Source: the human T2T-CHM13v2.0 reference genome, Homo sapiens
Length of the DNA stretch: 64,000 nucleotides
Reading direction: 5' to 3' (one strand)
NCBI RefSeq assembly: GCF_009914755.1
Contig: NC_060931.1
Part shown: positions 51,901 through 64,000 of the stretch, piece after piece
How the letters are laid out: every line of letters begins with the position of its first letter
Position numbering within the stretch: position 1 is the first letter of the stretch
Translations under genes and position numbers: made by a program
The notes under the pieces: generated by a model
The model's database searches: none
What the model saw: only the letters and a program-made list of their open reading frames with translations
What the model was told of the DNA's origin: nothing

Positions 51901-52760
51901 AGTTCAACCTTTCTTTTCTTAGAGCAGTTTAGAAACACTCTGCTTGTTATGTCTGCAAGTGGATATTTGGACCTCTTTGAGGCCTTCGTTGCAAACGGGG
52001 TTTCTTCCTTTCATGCTAGACTAAGAAGAGTTCTCAGTAACTTTTTTGTGTTGTGTGTATTCAACTCACAGAGTTGAACCTTGCTTTAGAGAGAGAAGAT
52101 TTGAAACACTCTTGCTGTGGCATTTTCAGGTGGAGATTTCAAGCGATTTGAGGACAATTGCAGAAAAGGAAATATCTTCGTATAATAACCAGACAGAATC
52201 ATTCTCAGAAAGTGCTTTGTGATGTGTGCGTTCAACTCACAGAGTTTAACCTTTCTTTTCATAGAGGAGTTTGGAAACACACTGTTTGTAAAGTCTGCAA
52301 GTGGATACATGGACCTGTTTGAGGCCTTCGTTGGAAACGGGATTTCTTCATTGAATGCTAGACGGAAGAATTCTCAGTAAATTCTTTGTGTTGTGTGCAT
52401 TCAACTCACAGAGTGGAACGTCCCTTTAGACAGAGCAGATTTGAAACACTCTTTTTGCGGAATTTGCAAGTGGAGATTTCTAGCCATTTGATGCCAACAG
52501 TAGAAAGGGAAATATCTTCAAATAAAAACCAGACAGAATCATTCTCAGAAAATTCTTTGTGATGTGTGCGTTCAACTCACATAGTTTAACCTTTCTTTTC
52601 ATAGAGCAGTTTGGAAACACTCTGTTTGTAAAGTCTGCAAGTGGATATATGGACCGCATTGAGGCCTTCGTTGGAAACGGGATTTCTTCATTTCATGCTA
52701 GACAGAAGAATTCTCAGTAACTTCTTTGTGCTGTGTGTATTCAACTCACAGAGTGGAACG
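46000..52760 (+). repeat. Tandem duplication of a 3-HOR block (period 3,066 bp); ends approximate
   Basis: Variants pair at +3,066: 46636/49702, 47681/50747, 48204/51270, 48711/51777, 49030/52096. Confidence 0.82.
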
Positions 52761-55700
52761 TCCCTTTGCACAGAGCAGATTTGAAACACTCTTTTTGTGG
52801 AGTTTGCAAGTGGAGATTTCAAGCGATTTGATGCCAACAGTAGAAAAGGAAATATCTTCAAATAAAAACTAGACAGAATCATTCTCAGAAACTACTTTGT
52901 GATGTGTGCCTTCAACTCACAGAGTTTAACCTTTCTTTTCTTAGAGCAGTTTAGAAACACTCTGCTTGTTATGTCTGCAAGTGGATATTTGGACCTCTTT
53001 GAGGCCTTCGTTGCAAACGGGGTTTCTTCCTTTCACGCTAGACTAAGAAGAGTTCTCAGTAACTTTTTTGTGTTGTGTGTATTCAACTCACAGAGTTGAA
53101 CCTTGCTTTAGAGAGAGCAGATTTGAAACACTCTTGCTGTGGCATTTTCAGGTGGAGATTTCAAGCGATTTGAGGACAATTGCAGAAAAGGAAATATCTT
53201 CGTATAATAACCAGACAGAATCATTCTCAGAAAGTGCTTTGTGATGTGTGCGTTCAACTCACAGAGTTTAACCTTTCTTTTCATAGAGGAGTTTGGAAAC
53301 ACACTGTTTGTAAAGTCTGCAAGTGGATACATGGACCTGTTTGAGGCCTTCGTTGGAAACGGGATTTCTTCATTGAATGCTAGACGGAAGAATTCTCAGT
53401 AAATTCTTTGTGTTGTGTGCATTCAACTCACAGAGTGGAACGTCCCTTTAGACAGAGCAGATTTGAAACACTCTTTTTGCGGAATTTGCAAGTGGAGATT
53501 TCTAGCCATTTGATGCCAACAGTAGAAAGGGAAATATCTTCAAATAAAAACCAGACAGAATCATTCTCAGCAAATTCTTTGTGATGTGTGCGTTCAACTC
53601 ACATAGTTTAACCTTTCTTTTCATAGAGCAGTTTGGAAACACTCTGTTTGTAAAGTCTGCAAGTGGATATATGGACCGCATTGAGGCCTTCGTTGGAAAC
53701 GGGATTTCTTCATTTCATGCTAGACAGAAGAATTCTCAGTAACTTCTTTGTGCTGTGTGTATTCAACTCACAGAGTGGAACGTCCCTTTGCACAGAGCAG
53801 ATTTGAAACACTCTTTTTGTGGAGTTTGCAAGTGGAGATTTCAAGCGATTTGATGCCAACAGTAGAAAAGGAAATATCTTCAAATAAAAACTAGACAGAA
53901 TCATTCTCAGAAACTACTTTGTGATGTGTGCCTTCAACTCACAGAGTTTAACCTTTCTTTTCTTAGAGCAGTTTAGAAACACTCTGCTTGTTATGTCTGC
54001 AAGTGGATATTTGGACCTCTTTGAGGCCTTCGTTGCAAACGGGGTTTCTTCCTTTCATGCTAGACTAAGAAGAGTTCTCAGTAACTTTTTTGTGTTGTGT
54101 GTATTCAACTCACAGAGTTGAACCTTGCTTTAGAGAGAGCAGATTTGAAACACTCTTGCTGTGGCATTTTCAGGTGGAGATTTCAAGCGATTTGAGGACA
54201 ATTGCAGAAAAGGAAATATCTTCGTATAATAACCAGACAGAATCATTCTCAGAAAGTGCTTTGTGATGTGTGCGTTCAACTCACAGAGTTTAACCTTTCT
54301 TTTCATAGAGGAGTTTGGAAACACACTGTTTGTAAAGTCTGCAAGTGGATATATGGACCTGTTTGAGGCCTTCGTTGGAAACGGGATTTCTTCATTGAAT
54401 GCTAGACGGAAGAATTCTCAGTAAATTCTTTGTGTTGTGTGCATTCAACTCACAGAGTGGAACGTCCCTTTAGACAGAGCAGATTTGAAACACTCTTTTT
54501 GCGGAATTTGCAAGTGGAGATTTCTAGCCATTTGATGCCAACAGTAGAAAGGGAAATATCTTCAAATAAAAACCAGACAGAATCATTCTCAGAAAATTCT
54601 TTGTGATGTGTGCGTTCAACTCACATAGTTTAACCTTTCTTTTCATAGAGCAGTTTGGAAACACTCTGTTTGTAAAGTCTGCAAGTGGATATATGGACCG
54701 CATTGAGGCCTTCGTTGGAAACGGGATTTCTTCATTTCATGCTAGACAGAAGAATTCTCAGTAACTTCTTTGTGCTGTGTGTATTCAACTCACAGAGTGG
54801 AACGTCCCTTTACACAGAGCAGATTTGAAACACTCTTTTTGTGGAGTTTGCAAGTGGAGATTTCAAGCGATTTGATGCCAACAGTAGAAAAGGAAATATC
54901 TTCAAATAAAAACTAGACAGAATCATTCTCAGAAACTACTTTGTGATGTGTGCCTTCAACTCACAGAGTTTAACCTTTCTTTTCTTAGAGCAGTTTAGAA
55001 ACACTCTGCTTGTTATGACTGCAAGTGGATATTTGGACCTCTTTGAGGCCTTCGTTGCAAACGGGGTTTCTTCCTTTCATGCTAGACTAAGAAGAGTTCT
55101 CAGTAACTTTTTTGTGTTGTGTGTATTCAACTCACAGAGTTGAACCTTGCTTTAGAGAGAGCAGATTTGAAACACTCTTGCTGTGGCATTTTCAGGTGGA
55201 GATTTCAAGCGATTTGAGGACAATTGCAGAAAAGGAAATATCTTCGTATAATAACCAGACAGAATCATTCTCAGAAAGTGCTTTGTGATGTGTGCGTTCA
55301 ACTCACAGAGTTTAACCTTTCTTTTCATAGAGGAGTTTGGAAACACACTGTTTGTAAAGTCTGCAAGTGGATATATGGACCTGTTTGAGGCCTTCGTTGG
55401 AAACGGGATTTCTTCATTGAATGCTAGACGGAAGAATTCTCAGTAAATTCTTTGTGTTGTGTGCATTCAACTCACAGAGTGGAACGTCCCTTTAGACACA
55501 GCAGATTTGAAACACTCTTTTTGCGGAATTTGCAAGTGGAGATTTCTAGCCATTTGATGCCAACAGTAGAAAGGGAAATATCTTCAAATAAAAACCAGAC
55601 AGAATCATTCTCAGCAAATTCTTTGTGATGTGTGCGTTCAACTCACATAGTTTAACCTTTCTTTTCATAGAGCAGTTTGGAAACACTCTGTTTGTAAAGT

Positions 55701-57775
55701 CTGCAAGTGGATATATGGACCGCATTGAGGCCTTCGTTGGAAACGGGATTTCTTCATTTCATGCTAGACAGAAGAATTCTCAGTAACTTCTTTGTGCTGT
55801 GTGTATTCAACTCACAGAGTGGAACGTCCCTTTGCACAGAGCAGATTTGAAACACTCTTTTTGTGGAGTTTGCAAGTGGAGATTTCAAGCGATTTGATGC
55901 CAACAGTAGAAAAGGAAATATCTTCAAATAAAAACTAGACAGAATCATTCTCAGAAACTACTTTGTGATGTGTGCCTTCAACTCACAGAGTTCAACCTTT
56001 CTTTTCTTAGAGCAGTTTAGAAACACTCTGCTTGTTATGTCTGCAAGTGGATATTTAGACCTCTTTGAGGCCTTCGTTGCAAACGGGGTTTCTTCCTTTC
56101 ATGCTAGACTAAGAAGAGTTCTCAGTAACTTTTTTGTGTTGTGTGTATTCAACTCACAGAGTTGAACCTTGCTTTAGAGAGAGCAGATTTGAAACACTCT
56201 TGCTGTGGCATTTTCAGGTGGAGATTTCAAGCGATTTGAGGACAATTGCAGAAAAGGAAATATCTTCGTATAATAACCAGACAGAATCATTCTCAGAAAG
56301 TGCTTTGTGATGTGTGCGTTCAACTCACAGAGTTTAACCTTTCTTTTCATAGAGGAGTTTGGAAACACACTGTTTGTAAAGTCTGCAAGTGGATACATGG
56401 ACCTGTTTGAGGCCTTCGTTGGAAACGGGATTTCTTCATTGAATGCTAGACGGAAGAATTCTCAGTAAATTCTTTGTGTTGTGTGCATTCAACTCACAGA
56501 GTGGAACGTCCCTTTAGACAGAGCAGATTTGAAACACTCTTTTTGCGGAATTTGCAAGTGGAGATTTCTAGCCATTTGATGCCAACAGTAGAAAGGGAAA
56601 TATCTTCAAATAAAAACCAGACAGAATCATTCTCAGAAAATTCTTTGTGATGTGTGCGTTCAACTCACATAGTTTAACCTTTCTTTTCATAGAGCAGTTT
56701 GGAAACACTCTGTTTGTAAAGTCTGCAAGTGGATATATGGACCGCATTGAGGCCTTCGTTGGAAACGGGATTTCTTCATTTCATGCTAGACAGAAGAATT
56801 CTCAGTAACTTCTTTGTGCTGTGTGTATTCAACTCACAGAGTGGAACGTCCCTTTGCACAGAGCAGATTTGAAACACTCTTTTTGTGGAGTTTGCAAGTG
56901 GAGATTTCAAGCGATTTGATGCCAACAGTAGAAAAGGAAATATCTTCAAATAAAAACTAGACAGAATCATTCTCAGAAACTACTTTGTGATGTGTGCCTT
57001 CAACTCACAGAGTTTACCCTTTCTTTTCTTAGAGCAGTTTAGAAACACTCTGCTTGTTACGTCTGCAAGTGGATATTTGGACCTCTTTGAGGCCTTCGTT
57101 GCAAACGGGGTTTCTTCCTTTCATGCTAGACTAAGAAGAGTTCTCAGTAACTTTTTTGTGTTGTGTGTATTCAACTCACAGAGTTGAACCTTGCTTTAGA
57201 GAGAGCAGATTTGAAACACTCTTGCTGTGGCATTTTCAGGTGGAGATTTCAAGCGATTTGAGGACAATTGCAGAAAAGGAAATATCTTCGTATAATAACC
57301 AGACAGAATCATTCTCAGAAAGTGCTTTGTGATGTGTGCGTTCAACTCACAGAGTTTAACCTTTCTTTTCATAGAGGAGTTTGGAAACACACTGTTTGTA
57401 AAGTCTGCAAGTGGATATATGGACCTGTTTGAGGCCTTCGTTGGAAACGGGATTTCTTCATTGAATGCTAGACGGAAGAATTCTCAGTAAATTCTTTGTG
57501 TTGTGTGCATTCAACTCACAGAGTGGAACGTCCCTTTAGACAGAGCAGATTTGAAACACTCTTTTTGCGGAATTTGCAAGTGGAGATTTCTAGCCATTTG
57601 ATGCCAACAGTAGAAAGGGAAATATCTTCAAATAAAAACCAGACAGAATCATTCTCAGAAAATTCTTTGTGATGTGTGCGTTCAACTCACATAGTTTAAC
57701 CTTTCTTTTCATAGAGCAGTTTGGAAACACTCTGTTTGTAAAGTCTGCAAGTGGATATATGGACCGCATTGAGGC

Positions 57776-57792
57776 CTTCGTTGGAAACAGGA
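57776..57792 (+). promoter_or_regulatory. Disrupted CENP-B box 2 (AAACAGGA; G>A at 57789)
   Basis: CTTCGTTGGAAACAGGA. Confidence 0.85.
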
Positions 57793-60700
57793 TTTCTTCA
57801 TTTCATGCTAGACAGAAGAATTCTCAGTAACTTCTTTGTGCTGTGTGTATTCAACTCACAGAGTGGAACGTCCCTTTGCACAGAGCAGATTTGAAACACT
57901 CTTTTTGTGGAGTTTGCAAGTGGAGATTTCAAGCGATTTGATGCCAACAGTAGAAAAGGAAATATCTTCAAATAAAAACTAGACAGAATCATTCTCAGAA
58001 ACTACTTTGTGATGTGTGCCTTCAACTCACAGAGTTTAACCTTTCTTTTCTTAGAGCAGTTTAGAAACACTCTGCTTGTTACGTCTGCAAGTGGATATTT
58101 GGACCTCTTTGAGGCCTTCGTTGCAAACGGGGTTTCTTCCTTTCATGCTAGACTAAGAAGAGTTCTCAGTAACTTTTTTGTGTTGTGTGTATTCAACTCA
58201 CAGAGTTGAACCTTGCTTTAGAGAGAGCAGATTTGAAACACTCTTGCTGTGGCATTTTCAGGTGGAGATTTCAAGCGATTTGAGGACAATTGCAGAAAAG
58301 GAAATATCTTCGTATAATAACCAGACAGAATCATTCTCAGAAAGTGCTTTGTGATGTGTGCGTTCAACTCACAGAGTTTAACCTTTCTTTTCATAGAGGA
58401 GTTTGGAAACACACTGTTTGTAAAGTCTGCAAGTGGATACATGGACCTGTTTGAGGCCTTCGTTGGAAACGGGATTTCTTCATTGAATGCTAGACGGAAG
58501 AATTCTCAGTAAATTCTTTGTGTTGTGTGCATTCAACTCACAGAGTGGAACGTCCCTTTAGACAGAGCAGATTTGAAACACTCTTTTTGCGGAATTTGCA
58601 AGTGGAGATTTCTAGCCATTTGATGCCAACAGTAGAAAGGGAAATATCTTCAAATAAAAACCAGACAGAATCATTCTCAGAAAATTCTTTGTGATGTGTG
58701 CGTTCAACTCACATAGTTTAACCTTTCTTTTCATAGAGCAGTTTGGAAACACTCTGTTTGTAAAGTCTGCAAGTGGATATATGGACCGCATTGAGGCCTT
58801 CGTTGGAAACGGGATTTCTTCATTTCATGCTAGACAGAAGAATTCTCAGTAACTTCTTTGTGCTGTGTGTATTCAACTCACAGAGTGGAACGTCCCTTTG
58901 CACAGAGCAGATTTGAAACACTCTTTTTGTGGAGTTTGCAAGTGGAGATTTCAAGCGATTTGATGCCAACAGTAGAAAAGGAAATATCTTCAAATAAAAA
59001 CTAGACAGAATCATTCTCAGAAACTACTTTGTGATGTGTGCCTTCAACTCACAGAGTTTAACCTTTCTTTTCTTAGAGCAGTTTAGAAACACTCTGCTTG
59101 TTACGTCTGCAAGTGGATATTTGGACCTCTTTGAGGCCTTCGTTGCAAACGGGGTTTCTTCCTTTCATGCTAGACTAAGAAGAGTTCTCAGTAACTTTTT
59201 TGTGTTGTGTGTATTCAACTCACAGAGTTGAACCTTGCTATAGAGAGAGCAGATTTGAAACACTCTTGCTGTGGCATTTTCAGGTGGAGATTTCAAGCGA
59301 TTTGAGGACAATTGCAGAAAAGGAAATATCTTCGTATAATAACCAGACAGAATCATTCTCAGAAAGTGCTTTGTGATGTGTGCGTTCAACTCACAGAGTT
59401 TAACCTTTCTTTTCATAGAGGAGTTTGGAAACACACTGTTTGTAAAGTCTGCAAGTGGATACATGGACCTGTTTGAGGCCTTCGTTGGAAACGGGATTTC
59501 TTCATTGAATGCTAGACGGAAGAATTCTCAGTAAATTCTTTGTGTTGTGTGCATTCAACTCACAGAGTGGAACGTCCCTTTAGACAGAGCAGATTTGAAA
59601 CACTCTTTTTGCGGAATTTGCAAGTGGAGATTTCTAGCCATTTGATGCCAACAGTAGAAAGGGAAATATCTTCAAATAAAAACCAGACAGAATCATTCTC
59701 AGAAAATTCTTTGTGATGTGTGCGTTCAACTCACATAGTTTAACCTTTCTTTTCATAGAGCAGTTTGGAAACACTCTGTTTGTAAAGTCTGCAAGTGGAT
59801 ATATGGACCGCATTGAGGCCTTCGTTGGAAACGGGATTTCTTCATTTCATGCTAGACAGAAGAATTCTCAGTAACTTCTTTGTGCTGTGTGTATTCAACT
59901 CACAGAGTGGAACGTCCCTTTGCACAGAGCAGATTTGAAACACTCTTTTTGTGGAGTTTGCAAGTGGAGATTTCAAGCGATTTGATGCCAACAGTAGAAA
60001 AGGAAATATCTTCAAATAAAAACTAGACAGAATCATTCTCAGAAACTACTTTGTGATGTGTGCCTTCAACTCACAGAGTTTAACCTTTCTTTTCTTAGAG
60101 CAGTTTAGAAACACTCTGCTTGTTACGTCTGCAAGTGGATATTTGGACCTCTTTGAGGCCTTCGTTGCAAACGGGGTTTCTTCCTTTCATGCTAGACTAA
60201 GAAGAGTTCTCAGTAACTTTTTTGTGTTGTGTGTATTCAACTCACAGAGTTGAACCTTGCTTTAGAGAGAGCAGATTTGAAACACTCTTGCTGTGGCATT
60301 TTCAGGTGGAGGTTTCAAGCGATTTGAGGACAATTGCAGAAAAGGAAATATCTTCGTATAATAACCAGACAGAATCATTCTCAGAAAGTGCTTTGTGATG
60401 TGTGCGTTCAACTCACAGAGTTTAACCTTTCTTTTCATAGAGGAGTTTGGAAACACACTGTTTGTAAAGTCTGCAAGTGGATACATGGACCTGTTTGAGG
60501 CCTTCGTTGGAAACGGGATTTCTTCATTGAATGCTAGACGGAAGAATTCTCAGTAAATTCTTTGTGTTGTGTGCATTCAACTCACAGAGTGGAACGTCCC
60601 TTTAGACAGAGCAGATTTGAAACACTCTTTTTGCGGAATTTGCAAGTGGAGATTTCTAGCCATTTGATGCCAACAGTAGAAAGGGAAATATCTTCAAATA

Positions 60701-63700
60701 AAAACCAGACAGAATCATTCTCAGAAAATTCTTTGTGATGTGTGCGTTCAACTCACATAGTTTAACCTTTCTTTTCATAGAGCAGTTTGGAAACACTCTG
60801 TTTGTAAAGTCTGCAAGTGGATATATGGACCGCATTGAGGCCTTCGTTGGAAACGGGATTTCTTCATTTCATGCTAGACAGAAGAATTCTCAGTAACTTC
60901 TTTGTGCTGTGTGTATTCAACTCACAGAGTGGAACGTCCCTTTGCACAGAGCAGATTTGAAACACTCTTTTTGTGGAGTTTGCAAGTGGAGATTTCAAGC
61001 GATTTGATGCCAACAGTAGAAAAGGAAATATCTTCAAATAAAAACTAGACAGAATCATTCTCAGAAACTACTTTGTGATGTGTGCCTTCAACTCACAGAG
61101 TTTAACCTTTCTTTTCTTAGAGCAGTTTAGAAACACTCTGCTTGTTACGTCTGCAAGTGGATATTTGGACCTCTTTGAGGCCTTCGTTGCAAACGGGGTT
61201 TCTTCCTTTCATGCTAGACTAAGAAGAGTTCTCAGTAACTTTTTTGTGTTGTGTGTATTCAACTCACAGAGTTGAACCTTGCTTTAGAGAGAGCAGATTT
61301 GAAACACTCTTGCTGTGGCATTTTCAGGTGGAGATTTCAAGCGATTTGAGGACAATTGCAGAAAAGGAAATATCTTCGTATAATAACCAGACAGAATCAT
61401 TCTCAGAAAGTGCTTTGTGATGTGTGCGTTCAACTCACAGAGTTTAACCTTTCTTTTCATAGAGGAGTTTGGAAACACACTGTTTGTAAAGTCTGCAAGT
61501 GGATACATGGACCTGTTTGAGGCCTTCGTTGGAAACGGGATTTCTTCATTGAATGCTAGACGGAAGAATTCTCAGTAAATTCTTTGGGTTGTGTGCATTC
61601 AACTCACAGAGTGGAACGTCCCTTTAGACAGAGCAGATTTGAAACACTCTTTTTGCGGAATTTGCAAGTGGAGATTTCTAGCCATTTGATGCCAACAGTA
61701 GAAAGGGAAATATCTTCAAATAAAAACCAGACAGAATCATTCTCAGAAAATTCTTTGTGATGTGTGCGTTCAACTCACATAGTTTAACCTTTCTTTTCAT
61801 AGAGCAGTTTGGAAACACTCTGTTTGTAAAGTCTGCAAGTGGATATATGGACCGCATTGAGGCCTTCGTTGGAAACGGGATTTCTTCATTTCATGCTAGA
61901 CAGAAGAATTCTCAGTAACTTCTTTGTGCTGTGTGTATTCAACTCACAGAGTGGAACGTCCCTTTGCACAGAGCAGATTTGAAACACTCTTTTTGTGGAG
62001 TTTGCAAGTGGAGATTTCAAGCGATTTGATGCCAACAGTAGAAAAGGAAATATCTTCAAATAAAAACTAGACAGAATCATTCTCAGAAACTACTTTGTGA
62101 TGTGTGCCTTCAACTCACAGAGTTTAACCTTTCTTTTCTTAGAGCAGTTTAGAAACACTCTGCTTGTTACGTCTGCAAGTGGATATTTGGACCTCTTTGA
62201 GGCCTTCGTTGCAAACGGGGTTTCTTCCTTTCATGCTAGACTAAGAAGAGTTCTCAGTAACTTTTTTGTGTTGTGTGTATTCAACTCACAGAGTTGAACC
62301 TTGCTTTAGAGAGAGCAGATTTGAAACACTCTTGCTGTGGCATTTTCAGGTGGAGATTTCAAGCGATTTGAGGACAATTGCAGAAAAGGAAATATCTTCG
62401 TATAATAACCAGACAGAATCATTCTCAGAAAGTGCTTTGTGATGTGTGCGTTCAACTCACAGAGTTTAACCTTTCTTTTCATAGAGGAGTTTGGAAACAC
62501 ACTGTTTGTAAAGTCTGCAAGTGGATACATGGACCTGTTTGAGGCCTTCGTTGGAAACGGGATTTCTTCATTGAATGCTAGACGGAAGAATTCTCAGTAA
62601 ATTCTTTGTGTTGTGTGCATTCAACTCACAGAGTGGAACGTCCCTTTAGACAGAGCAGATTTGAAACACTCTTTTTGCGGAATTTGCAAGTGGAGATTTC
62701 TAGCCATTTGATGCCAACAGTAGAAAGGGAAATATCTTCAAATAAAAACCAGACAGAATCATTCTCAGAAAATTCTTTGTGATGTGTGCGTTCAACTCAC
62801 ATAGTTTAACCTTTCTTTTCATAGAGCAGTTTGGAAACACTCTGTTTGTAAAGTCTGCAAGTGGATATATGGACCGCATTGAGGCCTTCGTTGGAAACGG
62901 GATTTCTTCATTTCATGCTAGACAGAAGAATTCTCAGTAACTTCTTTGTGCTGTGTGTATTCAACTCACAGAGTGGAACGTCCCTTTGCACAGAGCAGAT
63001 TTGAAACACTCTTTTTGTGGAGTTTGCAAGTGGAGATTTCAAGCGATTTGATGCCAACAGTAGAAAAGGAAATATCTTCAAATAAAAACTAGACAGAATC
63101 ATTCTCAGAAACTACTTTGTGATGTGTGCCTTCAACTCACAGAGTTTAACCTTTCTTTTCTTAGAGCAGTTTAGAAACACTCTGCTTGTTACGTCTGCAA
63201 GTGGATATTTGGACCTCTTTGAGGCCTTCGTTGCAAACGGGGTTTCTTCCTTTCATGCTAGACTAAGAAGAGTTCTCAGTAACTTTTTTGTGTTGTGTGT
63301 ATTCAACTCACAGAGTTGAACCTTGCTTTAGAGAGAGCAGATTTGAAACACTCTTGCTGTGGCATTTTCAGGTGGAGATTTCAAGCGATTTGAGGACAAT
63401 TGCAGAAAAGGAAATATCTTCGTATAATAACCAGACAGAATCATTCTCAGAAAGTGCTTTGTGATGTGTGCGTTCAACTCACAGAGTTTAACCTTTCTTT
63501 TCATAGAGGAGTTTGGAAACACACTGTTTGTAAAGTCTGCAAGTGGATACATGGACCTGTTTGAGGCCTTCGTTGGAAACGGGATTTCTTCATTGAATGC
63601 TAGACGGAAGAATTCTCAGTAAATTCTTTGGGTTGTGTGCATTCAACTCACAGAGTGGAACGTCCCTTTAGACAGAGCAGATTTGAAACACTCTTTTTGC

Positions 63701-64000
63701 GGAATTTGCAAGTGGAGATTTCTAGCCATTTGATGCCAACAGTAGAAAGGGAAATATCTTCAAATAAAAACCAGACAGAATCATTCTCAGAAAATTCTTT
63801 GTGATGTGTGCGTTCAACTCACATAGTTTAACCTTTCTTTTCATAGAGCAGTTTGGAAACACTCTGTTTGTAAAGTCTGCAAGTGGATATATGGAACTCT
63901 TTGAGGCCTTCGTTGGAAACGGGATTTCTTCATTTCATGCTAGACAGAAGAATTCTCAGTAACTTCTTTGTGCTGTGTGTATTCAACTCACAGAGTGGAA

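Larger units (their letters stand above)
1..64000 (+). repeat. D7Z1: Alpha satellite HOR array: 6-mer, 1,022-bp unit, about 62.6 copies, suprachromosomal family 1 (dimeric); most likely human chromosome 7 active centromeric array D7Z1
   Basis: Canonical alphoid motifs recur about every 170 bp (CATTCTCAGAAA, TTCAACTCACAGAG, TTTGAAACACTCT, GCAAGTGGA). ORF-track starts recur at exactly 1,022 bp (781, 1803, 2825 ... 63119) with one 1,018 step. A CENP-B box sits in alternate monomers. EcoRI sites at 250 and 590, but not at the third dimer (GAGTTC near 932), give 340 + 682 bp fragments. From memory, this matches the dimer/tetramer EcoRI pattern of D7Z1, and AGCGATTTGAGGACAATTGC (24-43) and GCTGTGGCATTTTCAGGTGG match chr7-specific alphoid primers. 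The alpha-satellite call is near certain; the D7Z1 assignment is recall, not a search. Confidence 0.93.

Noticed and set aside
15490-60312. Isolated singleton substitutions (e.g. 15490, 29524, 59240, 60312)
   Set aside because: Each was seen once with no pattern. They are consistent with background mutation or consensus error.
570-63552. About 170 short ORFs (63-99 aa) on both strands, such as MMCAFNSQ..., MILSSFYL... and MYPLADFT...
   Set aside because: They are translations of the satellite, repeating with the 1,022-bp period. They appear, vanish or lengthen with single-base variants, many begin at GTG/TTG, and none resembles a protein family I recognise. I used them only as variant markers.
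1-64000. CRISPR-like or other repeat-spacer system
   Set aside because: There are no unique spacers. All sequence between the recurring motifs is itself repeated, and there are no associated genes.
1-64000. Assignment to other SF1 arrays with 6-mer units (D1Z7/D5Z2/D19Z3 or D10Z1 variants), or to D7Z2
   Set aside because: The 340 + 682 EcoRI pattern and the recalled chr7-diagnostic sequences favour D7Z1, and D7Z2 is a 16-mer poor in CENP-B boxes. This was not confirmed by alignment.

Overview
The whole 64 kb window is one uninterrupted, head-to-tail array of human-type centromeric alpha satellite, all in one orientation. The unit is a 1,022-bp six-monomer higher-order repeat (HOR; monomers of about 169/171/169/171/171/171 bp), present in about 62.6 near-identical copies. 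It has the alternating A/B dimeric structure of suprachromosomal family 1, with a CENP-B box in every second monomer, and best matches the active chromosome 7 array D7Z1. I see no genes, transposons, inversions or structural-variant HORs; every ORF in the track is a translation of the satellite. The only length change is one 4-bp deletion near 19,925. I found no new biological system. The information lies in the single-base variants, read by eye, so the list may be incomplete. They show nested 2-, 3- and 4-HOR tandem duplications and an imperfect 23.5-27.6 kb super-repeat. They also show CENP-B box knockouts confined to one monomer position, multi-base tracts that look like inter-monomer conversion, and an apparent two-step CpG gain-then-loss path.
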